The position numbers and the translations under genes were made by a program. A stretch of DNA of 60,000 nucleotides from Mobula hypostoma (Eukaryota), in the NCBI RefSeq assembly GCF_963921235.1, contig NC_086108.1:30630001-30690000 (forward strand), in the 5' to 3' direction. Below are positions 49,917 to 60,000 of the stretch, one piece after another. Position 1 is the first letter of the stretch. Every line of letters starts with the position of its first letter. The notes below the pieces were generated by a model. The model had not been told where the DNA came from, did not search any database, and worked only from the letters and a program-made list of their open reading frames with translations.

Positions 49917-52900
49917 GTGTGATGTATGTACACAGCTTACACCCTGAGTTCATCAGTGACAACCAGGAAAGACTGGGTGACAACCGCGAAAAGAGTGGTG
50001 ACGACTGGAGAGTCAGTGACAGCCCGGAGAGACGGCAACTGGGGCAGAACGGGCTGGCAACCCAATCTGTGTCCTCTGAGAGGAGGACCCCCAAAAAAGC
50101 TACAAAGAATCTAAGGAAAAGATACCCCCAGGGGTGCCCGAGGGGGGGAGGATGAGCACCCCAGTCGGATGGACACAACGACATCAGACCCAGGCAATGA
50201 ACAAACGATGATGAGGAAGCAGTGTGCATGTGGCAAAATCTGCAAGAACAATCGCGGCTTGAAGATCCACCAAGCGAGGATGAAGTGTTTGGCGGGAGCA
50301 GGAGCAGCACAATGCGCAGGTGTCCAACCTGGTGAGACGAAGGAGGGGCCAGGCCCGGAGTCACCCCATAGTGTCCAGAACCTCCAAGTGTTGCAAACTA
50401 ATCCCTCGAACATGAAGTCTAACAAGAGGCGGATCAAATGGCCTGCAGCTAACATGACTTCACTGTGAAAGCAGTTTGATGAAGATGTTAACCAAATTCT
50501 GGAGGCAACGGCAAAGGGAGGGGTTGATAGGAAGCTGCAAGCTATGACAACAATTATTGTCAGTATCGCAGCTGAACGGTTCGGAGAAGAGGAGAAGGAA
50601 GGCTCCAAAACATCTTACTCGAAGAACCAAAGAGCATTGAGGATCCACAACATCAGGCAGGAGATGAAAGCGCTGGAGTCCCAATACAAGGAGGCAGGAG
50701 AAGAGGAGCGCATTGGCTTGGCCCAGCTGATGTGCATACTACGAAAGAAGATCAGGGTCCTCTGCCGGGCAGAGTGGCATCGGAGGCGGCGTCGTGAAAG
50801 GGCCCGAAAACGTGCTGCCTTTATCGCCAACCCCTTCAAGTTCACCAAGGAGTTGCTGGGGGAGAAGCGCAGTGGGAAACTGGCCTGTTCACAGGAAGAC
50901 ATAGACCAACATCTGAAGAAGATATATAACGATCCTGAAAGAGAGCAGGAGTTGGGAGAGTGCGACATCCTAATAGACCCACCTGAACCGGATGTGCAGT
51001 TCGACGTGTCAGAGCTGCAACTAAAGGAAGTCAGAGAGATCGTCCGCAAAGCAAGGGCAAGCTCGGCTCCAGGACCAAGCAACACCTCGTACAAAGTGTA
51101 CAAGAACTGCCCCAAACTGCTGCTGTGTCTGTGGAAGATCCTGAGAATCTTCTGGAGAAGGGGGAAGATCCCAGAACAGTGAAGAGTGGCTGAAGGGGTG
51201 TGGATCCCGAAGGAGGAAAATGCCACCCAGATAGATCAGTTTCACATCATCTCCCTGCTGTGTGTCGAGGCGAAGATCTTCTTCAGTGCAGTTTCTAACC
51301 GGCTGTGCACCTACCTAGCAAAGAACACCTATATTGATACATTAGTCCAGAAGGGCGGCATTTCAGGGATGTCAGGCTGTCTGGAGCACATTCATTGGTG
51401 TGGTGACACAGCTCATCAGGGAGGCCAGAGAGAACAAGGGCAACCTGTCAGTGTTGTGGCTCGATCTGGCGAATGCATATGGCTCCATTCCGCACAAGCT
51501 AGTGCAGTTCACACTGACCAAACATCACGTCCCCAGCAGAATCAGAGACCTTATCGCTGATTATTACAGCAACTTCAGGATGAGGGTCTCTTCAGGAACA
51601 ATTACATCAACCAGGCACAAGGTGGAGGTCAGCATCATCACAGGGTGCACTATCTCAGTGACACTGTTCTCCCTAGCCATCAACATGCTCACTAAGTCTG
51701 CTGAACCAGAGTCCAGAGGGCCCAGAATGAATTCCGCTCAATGGCAGCCACCTATCAGGGTATTCATGGATGACCTCACAGTCACCACAGAATCAGTCCC
51801 AGGCTGCCGGAGGATTCTGCAAGGGCTCGAAAAGCTGGTGGAGTGGATCTGGATGCGTTTCAAACCTGCCAAATCAAGATTGATGCTGCTGAGGAAAGGG
51901 AAGGTGGAGAACAAGTTCCAGTTCAGCATCGCAGGTACAGCCATCCCAACCATCACAGAAAAGCCAGTCAAGAGCTTAGGCAAAGTTTTTGACAGTTCTT
52001 TAAGGGACACAACATCCATTCAGGCAACCTGCACCGAGTTGGATGGCTGGCTGAAATCTGTGGACAAGTCTGGCCTACCTGGGAAGTTTAAAGCCTGGGT
52101 GTATCAGCATGGCATTCTTTCCAGAATCCTGTGGCCCCTCCTCGTCTATGCAGTTCCGATCTTGACAGTTGAAACCTTAGAGAGGAGGGTCAGCAACCAC
52201 CTCGGGAGATGGCTGGGGCTGCCAAAGAGCCTGAGCAGCATCGCACTCTATGGACACCACAACAAACTGCAACTGCCCTTCAAATCCTTGGAGGAAGAAT
52301 TCAAGGTAACAAGAGCCAGAGAAGTGCTACAGTATAGGGACTCAAGTGACCCAAAGGTGGCTAGAGCAGGGATCCAAGTAAGTACTGGCAGGAAGTGGAG
52401 GGCAGAGGAAGCTGTTCAGGAAGCAGAGGCGAGGCGGCGTCACAGGAGGCTGGTGGGAGTGGCCACACGAGGCCGAGCTGGGCTAGGATCCTTTCCAACT
52501 CCCCCAAATGGACACCAGAGGGAAGGAAAGGCGTTGTCTAGTTCAGGAGGAGGTGAGAGCAGTAGTGGAGGAGATGAGAGCCTGCAAGCAACAGGGAGCT
52601 TGGACAAGATGGGAGAATGCGGTTGAGAGGAAAGTGGCCTGGGCTGATCTTTGGAAAGCCGAACCACACCGCATCCAATTTCTCATCCAGGCAGTGTACG
52701 ATGTGCTTCCAAGCCCATCAAACCTGCACACATGGGGCAAGCCAGAGTCATCTGCGTGCCCACTGTGCTCCAAGCGAGGAACCCTGGAGCACATCCTCAG
52801 TGGCTGTGCAAGGGCACTTGGTGAGGGACGGTACAGGTGGAGGCATGATCAGGTCCTGAAGACCATCGCTGAAGCTGTCAGCGCAGGAGTTGAGTGGGCA

Positions 52901-53538
52901 AAGCGGTCCCGACCCTCCAAGCAGACCATTGCCTTTGTCAGAGCTGGGGAGCAGCCAATACCCGCTAAAAGAGCATCTGCAGGCATTCTGACCTCTGCAA
53001 GGGACTGGCAGCTGTTGGTGGACCTCAATGGGCAGCTGAAGTTCCCCAACCATATCGCAGCCATCACCCTGCGACCAGACATTAGTGTCTGAGTCTACTA
53101 AACAAGTGGTGCTGCTGGAGCTGACAGTCCCATGAGAAGATAGCTTGGAGGAGGCCTTTGAAAGGAAGCTCTCCAAGTACGCAGGACTGGTCAGCAACTG
53201 TCAGCAGGCTGGATGGAGAGCGATGTGTCTCCTAGTGGAGGTTGGTTGTAGGGGATTCGTAGCCCGTTCTTTAGTTAGAGCCTTCAGCATTTTGGGCATC
53301 GAGGGAGAGAGGAAGAGGAGAGCCATCCGCAGTACCACCGATGTGGCAGGGAGGGCCTCAAGATGGCTGTGGCTCAAAAGAGGGGAGCCATGGAGTCATA
53401 AGTAGCTAGCCATCTGGACACAAGCTGGGGTCTGATCAGCCCTGGCTGGGTCACCTGGAGGAGGTTGTATGATGTTGAAAGACCAAGAACATCACTGAAG
53501 ATGTGTCCAGAAGCATCAATAGATGTATGTACACAGCT
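49917..53538 (+). mobile_element. Hero-type non-LTR retrotransposon (RT plus restriction-like endonuclease), near full length, disrupted
   Basis: N-terminal CACGKICKNNRGLKIHQARMKC zinc finger; SSAPGP; VQKGG; WLDLANAYGSIPH; FMDD; CPLC..HILSGC; RHD; RPD..ELTVP..K.SKY..VEVGCRG; several stops and frameshifts. Confidence 0.9.
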
Positions 53539-54299
53539 GCCACTTGTCTTCGTATTGTCTGCAAACTGGCCCACGAAGCCATTAATTCCATCATTCAAAT
53601 CATTGATGTATAATGTGAAAAGAAGCTGTCCCAACACAGATCGCTGTGGAAAGCTACATCACTGGAAGCCAACTAGAAAAGTCTCCCTTTATTCCCAGTC
53701 TTTGCCCCCTACAATCAGCCAATGGTCTATCCATTCTAGAGTCTTTCCTGTAATACCACGGGCTCTTAAATTGTTAATTAGTCTCACGTGTGGCACCTTT
53801 TCAAAGGCCTTCTGAAGATCCAACTACACAACATCCACCAATTCTCTTTTGCCTAATCAGCTTGTTATTTCTTTTAAGAACTCCAAAACATTTGTCAGGC
53901 AAGATTTTTCCTTAAGGAAACCATGCTGACTTCGGTCTATTTTATTATGCACATCCAAGTACAGGTACCTTAAAACCACATCCTTAACAATCGACTCCAA
54001 CATCTTCCCAACCACTGAGGTCAGACTAATTGAACTGTAGTTTTCTTTCTTCGGCCTCTCTCTCCTCTTGAAGAGTGGAGCGACATTTGCAATTTTCTAT
54101 TCCTCTGGAATGTACTTGGACTGTGGGAGGAAACCAGAGCACTCGGAAGAAACCCACAAAGTCATGGGAAGAACATACAAACAGCAGTGGGAATTGAAAC
54201 CAGGTCACTGGTAAGATAAAGTGCTGTACTATTTTGCTACTGTGCCTCTTCTTTTGGCACGTGTCCATGCAAATATAAGAGATGCATCAACTGCAGTGC

Positions 54300-54425
54300 T
54301 ATCTCATCCCTCCCGTAATCCAGGGACCCAAACAATTCTTTCAGGTAACGCAGCAATACACTTGTATCTCTTCTAACCTAACACATTGTCTTCAGTGGCC
54401 TCCTATATACTGGAGAAGCCAAACA
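54300..54425 (+). mobile_element. Penelope-like GIY-YIG fragment
   Basis: IQGPKQFFQVTQQYTCISSNL..GLLYTGE. Confidence 0.55.
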
Positions 54426-55134
54426 ACAAACTCGTACAACAGCCTCATCTCTTGTGTCACACCACATCACTGCTTTGGAGATTCAATAGCAAATCCAACA
54501 GATTAAAGAAACTTGCTTTCTCTGCCAGGATCGGAACTGTTCAGTTCTAATGTATGTTATTCATCTACACCCCAGGATTCGGAAGGAGTTGGTTGAAGCG
54601 ATTATGGAGAATTGTCCCATGATTAGGCCAGGATTAAATTGCGGGATTGTTGGGTGGTGTGGCTCGAGTGGCTATATGGGCCTATTTCTCTCTGTAGTTC
54701 AATAAATAATAAGAAGGTGTGAGATGAAGCACTTACTAGGGGCCTCCGAAGGCATTGGTCCCTTTGGAAGAGTGAAAGGTGTGTGAAGGGTATGATGATT
54801 CTGGTAGTGGAACCTCGTTGAAGGTGGGGTAATTGCAAAAGATGATTCGCTGACTATCAAGGCTACTGGGAAGGCCAAAGGGTTCTCTGTCATTGTCCTT
54901 CCATCAAAGACACTGAGATGGAAAGACATCATGGAGCAAGTGGACAAAGGAATAGATCTTCACATGAGGCAGGCTGGCTCTACCTATGCTGATGATGCTT
55001 CCTATTGTATATTTTCAGCAGACCAATCTGACACACCACTTGCTTTTATGTGGCATGAGCTTGATTCCAGAATGACAGTCTTTGCTCCTGTTGCTGGCTC
55101 TGACATTATGTTTAACCTAATGTCGTGTGCCAAC

Positions 55135-57180
55135 TGAATCCTGGATGAGTATGCTGCAGTTGTTACTGACTCCATTAAAACCTGTGTAGAGGAGTGTGTG
55201 CCCACAAAGACTTACTGTACATTCTCAAACCAAAAGCCATGGATGAACCAGGAGAAATGTCGTCTGCTGAAGGCTAGATCTGTGGCATTCACGTCTGGCA
55301 ACCCAGGCCTGTACCAGAAAACCAGGTATGATTTGTGGAGGCGTATTTCAAGGCAAAGAGACAATTTCAAACAAGGTTGGAGGCGATATCAGATGCACAG
55401 CAACTCTGGCAGGGTCTGCAAGACATTACTTCCTACAAAACAAAACCCAGTAGCATGAATGGCAGCGATGCTTCACTACCAGATGAACTCAATGCCTTCT
55501 ATGCATGGTTTGAAATGGAGAACACAACTACAGCTGTGAAGATCCCTGCTGCACCTGATGACCTTGTGGTCTCTGTCTCAGAGGCCGATGTTAGACTGTC
55601 TTTAAAGAGAGTGAACCCTCACAAGGCAGAACGTCCTGATGGAGTACATAGTAAGGCTCTGAAAACCTATGCCATCCAACTAGTGGGAGTATTCAAGGAC
55701 ATTTTCAACCTCTCACTGCTATGGGTGGAAGTTCCCAATTGCTTCAAAAAGTCAACAATTATACCAGTGCCTAAGAAGAATAATGTGGGCTGCATTAATG
55801 ACTATCGCCCCGTAGCACTTACGTCAACAATGATGAAATGCTTTGCGAGATTGGCCATGACTAGATTGAACTCCTGCCTCATTAAGGACCTGGACCCATT
55901 GCAATTTGCCTATCGCCACAATAGGTCAATGGCAGATGTAATCTCAATGGCTCTCCACGTGGCTTTAGACCACCTGGACAACACAAACACTTACGTCTGG
56001 ATGCTGTTCATCGACTATAGCTCAGCATTTAATACCATCATTCCCACAATCCTGATTGAGAAGTTGTAGAACTTCGGCCACGGTACCTCCCTCTGCAATT
56101 GGATCCTCAACTTCCTAACCGGAAGACCACAGTCTGTGCGGATTGGTGATAACATATCCGTCTTGCTAACGATCAACACTGGCGCACCTCAGGGGTGTGT
56201 GCTTAGCCCACTGCTCTACTCTATATACACATGACAGTGTGACTGGGCATAGCTCAAATACCATCTATAAATTTGCTGACAATGCAATCATTATTGGGAG
56301 AATCTCAGGTGGTGACGAGAGGGTGTACAGGAGTGGAGTGCCAACTAGTGGAGTGGTGCCGCAGCAACAACCTGGCACTCTGGTAAGACAAAAGACCTGA
56401 TTGTGGACTTCAGGAAGGGTAAGATGAAGGAACACATACCAATCTTCATAGAGGGATCGGAAGTGGAGAGAGTGAGCAGCTTCAAGTTCCTGGGTGTCAA
56501 GATCTCTGAGGATCTAACCTGGTCCCAACATATCGATGTAGATATAAAGAAGGCAAGACAGCGGCTATAATTCATTAGGAGTTTGAAGCGATTTGGCATG
56601 TCAACAAATACACCTAAAAACTTCTATAGTTGTACCGTGGAGAGCATTCTGACAGGCTGCATCACTCTCTGGTATGGGGGGGGGTGACTACGCAGGACCG
56701 AAAGGAGCTGTAGAAGATTGTAAATCTAGTCAGCTCCATCTTGGGTACTTGCCTACAAAGTAACCAGGAAATCTTCAGGGAGCGGTGTCTCAGAAAGGCA
56801 GCGTCCATTATTAAGGGACTCCAGCACCCAGGACATGCCCTTTTCTCACTGTTACCATCAGGTAGGAGGTACAGAAGTCTAAAGGTACACACTCAGCGAT
56901 TCAGGAACAGCTTCTTACTGCCTGCCATCAGATTCCTAAATGGAAATTGAATCTTTGGACACTACCTCACTTTTTTTTAATATGCAGTATTTCTGTTTTT
57001 GCACATTTAAAAAAATCTATTCAATATACATAATTGATTTACTTGTTTATTTATTATTATTATTTTATATACACACACATATATTTTTTTCTCTCTGCTA
57101 TATTATGTATTCCATTGAACTGCTGCTGCTAAGTTATTGAATTTCACATCACATGCCGGTGATAATAAACTGTTTCTGAT
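55135..57180 (+). mobile_element. 5'-truncated Rex1/Babar LINE
   Basis: NQKPWMN; DYRPVALTS; LDPLQFAY; MLFIDYSSAFNTI; TGAPQG; KFADN; LFSLLPSGRRY; GGTGATAATAAAC tail. Confidence 0.93.
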
Positions 57181-57984
57181 TTTTAGAGGCTGCTTCCATT
57201 GACTTGGCTATCAGGCTTACTCATTTGAATATGAGGTCTGGAATATTTAGCAAATTGGACTGGATACACCATAAATTAGTCCTTACACAAATTTGCAGCA
57301 CACATTTCAAAACTACATTGAAAATCTTTGGACGCAGGTTCTAAGTTTATATCTCAAAGGGATATAGATAGATAGATAGGATATAGATATAGATAAATAC
57401 TCTGGAAGTAAATTAAAGAGAAGGATGAGCTGGAGGTAGGGGTTGAGCAGCTGAATGTTGGATTGGAATTTGAAGACAATGTAACTGTAATTCTGAGAGG
57501 GAAGAGAAAGTGTGGGAGTAGAAGTGAAATTGAGGGCTCGTCGACCACAAGATAGTCCATGTAAAGGACAAAGGAAGACAAATTAGGATGGATTGTAGGG
57601 AACCATTGGCCAGATAACACCTGTTCTACTCGAGACTCAGTAATTGGTACAGCAGCTCGGTATTGTGGTAATCTGATGGGCCAGGTATACTTTGCATCTG
57701 ATTCCTCGACTTTACACAACTCCACAGTATCCAATTTAGTTAAAATGGGATCGCTAGCCTTTGCTATATTGATAAGACAAGGCATTTATTCTCCCTTTAT
57801 TTTGGCAATTATTAGAAATTTTAATTAACTTGCATAAATCTGAATGGTTTTATTTGAAATTATTATTTTTAATCTTTTATTGAAATTATTCAAAATCTAA
57901 TTCTTTAAATTATAACTCTGAGTCTGTCATCGGCAGGAATATAACAGAGAGGGAGAGAGTGCAAGAAAGGAGGTGACATACACT

Positions 57985-58340
57985 CATACAGCATTGAACT
58001 GGCTCTTTGACCCAACTGGACCATGCCAACTACAATGTCCATCTAAGCTAGTCCCATTTGTACATATTTAGCACATTTTCTTCTAGACCTTGCATATCGA
58101 TCTACTTGTTCAAATTAGTAAAACTTTGTTATTGTAATTGCCTCAATAGCTTTCTCTGGCAGCTTGTCCCATTCATATACCACCCGCTCTGTAGAGAAGT
58201 TACCCTGCAAGTCCCTCTTCAATGTTTACCCTGTCATCTTAAACCTCTGTCCTTGAGTTTTTGATTCCTTTTACCTTGGGAAAAAAGGACTGTATGCATT
58301 CATCCCATTAATGTCCTCATCATTTTAATCACCTCTATAC
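57985..58340 (-). mobile_element. Degraded CR1 3' end
   Basis: Reverse complement of CR1 C-terminus and 3'UTR. Confidence 0.65.
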
Positions 58341-58344
58341 ATTT

Positions 58345-58920
58345 CAGAGGGCCTGTCCTGGGCCAAGCACGTGTGCAATTACAAAGAAAGTATGGCAGCG
58401 CTTCTACTTCCTTAGAAGATAACAAAAACTGTGCTGTAGTTTTTCTATGGTTTCTATGGTTCTAAGATCCAGCATGACATCTAAAACTTTGACAAGCTTC
58501 TAGAGATGTGTGGTAGAGAGTATATTGACTAGCTACGTCATAGCCTGGTATGGAAACACCAATCCTTTGAACAGAAAATCCACTAAATTGTAATGGATAC
58601 TGTCCAGTCCATCACAGGTAAAACCCTCCCAACACTGAACACATCTACATGGAGCACTGTTGCAGGAAAGTAGCATCCATCATCAGGGACTTACCACACA
58701 TCCCCACCACCACCACCCAGGACACGCAGGACATGCTCTCTTCTTGTTGCTGTTATCAGGATGAAGGTTCTGATAACAGCCTCAGTATTCACACCAGAAG
58801 GTTCAGGAACAATTATTGCCCTTTAGCCATCAGGCTCTTGAACTAAAGGGGATATTTTCACTCAACTTCACTTGTCCCATCGATGAAAGCTTCCCACAAC
58901 CTATAGTCTCACTTTCAACT
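58345..58920 (+). mobile_element. Rex1/Babar 3' fragment
   Basis: FYRCVVESIL-like and RFRNNYCPLAIRLLN. Confidence 0.7.
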
Positions 58921-59104
58921 CATGTGCTTGCTAACACTGGATAACAAATTTTTTGGAAGTGTTACTTGCTCAGAAATCTTTTGTGGTTATGATAGACCAC
59001 TTGAAGCTGAACACAAATATAATTTCAGACTACTTGTATCACATACGAATTTGAAGAAACAAGAAATTAACGATTATTAAGTATAATTCATTTAATTGCA
59101 TTAT

Positions 59105-59885
59105 GGTGCTGACATCTCCAACTTTTCCTTGGCAGTAACAGCCAAGGACCATTGCTTTCACTCAGCTTCCAGCTCTGCCTCCATTTCATGTACCTGATTG
59201 ATCAGTAGTCTTGTCTTTTCCTCACTTTGTTCATCCTTGCCCTGCAGGTGCCTATCAAACTGAGCTTTCATGGCTTGCAGATTTACTTACAGATGTCACT
59301 TAACATCTTCAGTAGCATGGAGCTCATTGTCCAGCTCTTCCATCTGAGTTTTCATCTCTTCCATCTGTTACTCCAGAGCACGTTTTGACTCTTCCAACTC
59401 ATCTACACTCTTTCCTCCATCATCCTTGGAGCTGATGAGGCCTTCCATCTCTGCACACGGCAGCTTATTCATTTTCACCATCTCTTCCTTATGTTTCATT
59501 GCCTCCTCTAGGACACAGGTCTCCTTCTTGCATGCTTCAGTCTGTTTATGACCCCACTCCTCTGCATTCTTTAAGGAAATGTTCTTTTCCTCAGCCAGCA
59601 ACTGATCAAATTTCTTCTGTTTCTTTTCAAGATTGGAAACAACCTGCCTTTGGTGATCCAAGCCCACAACTATACCATCCAATGCCTGCTGCAGATGGTT
59701 CTTGGTCTCTTCCAATTTATCAAAGGCTGATATTTTCTCTTCTAAGCCCGAGTTAAGAACTCCATGCCTTTCTGTAGCTTCTTTGTAGCCTTTTCTGCAT
59801 TTCCCGGCAATGCAAAGCCATCATCTTGGCACTTCTTGGATTCAGTCAACTGACCCTGCAGGACAGTTAGTAATTCATTCTCACA
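59105..59885 (-). pseudogene. Processed non-muscle myosin II heavy-chain rod pseudogene (MYH9-like)
   Basis: [106 protein letters not shown]; stops and a frameshift; no introns. Confidence 0.9.
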
Positions 59886-60000
59886 TTGGTTCTCAATGAT
59901 GTCTTTATCTAGAATGTTTGCACAGTAATATCCAGAGCTGATAAGCTTAAGAGACACTAGCTGTTGAAGCATCGTTGCTTAGTCATTCTCCATATCCAGT

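Larger units (their letters stand above)
47590..54110 (-). mobile_element. Decayed CR1 RT/3' end fragmented by hAT, non-autonomous element and Hero insertions
   Basis: Colinear pieces at 47590-47870, 48670-48960, 49640-49916 and 53540-54110. Confidence 0.8.

Noticed and set aside
49956..50036. CRISPR-like repeat-spacer array
   Set aside because: Only a 5-7 nt constant part, ~20-nt period, no cas genes, eukaryotic retroelement context
3440..59885. The two myosin-like segments as exons of one myosin gene
   Set aside because: Different classes (sarcomeric vs non-muscle), both intronless and disrupted; one lies inside an LTR element, and their order on the minus strand is not colinear with a myosin rod

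Overview
Eukaryotic, repeat-saturated genomic DNA with no recognisable intact host gene. The mix of CR1, Rex1/Babar, RTE, Penelope, Tc1, hAT and tRNA-SINE families suggests a vertebrate, probably a cartilaginous fish (inference). The standout is a non-autonomous Ty3/Gypsy LTR element at 2255-12493 (minus strand) with paired LTRs, a CCCC target duplication, a tRNA-Pro-like PBS and a PPT. Its gag/protease/RT are collapsed by internal deletions. Where RNase H and integrase should lie it carries an intronless, sense-oriented piece of a sarcomeric myosin heavy-chain rod (MYH16-like by recalled motifs), i.e. apparent host-mRNA capture by an LTR retrotransposon. The element was later interrupted by a young CR1 and by a 3.9-kb composite insert bounded by TGACCT repeats. 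Other content: a Tc1 transposon with nested CR1s and a SINE (one CR1 has an open 1006-codon ORF2), a near full-length Hero-type (RLE) non-LTR retrotransposon with a 17-bp terminal direct repeat and a 5' hairpin array, several MITEs, and an independent processed non-muscle myosin (MYH9-like) pseudogene at the right end. Family assignments rest on recalled protein and nucleotide motifs, not database searches. Coordinates of degraded fragments are approximate.
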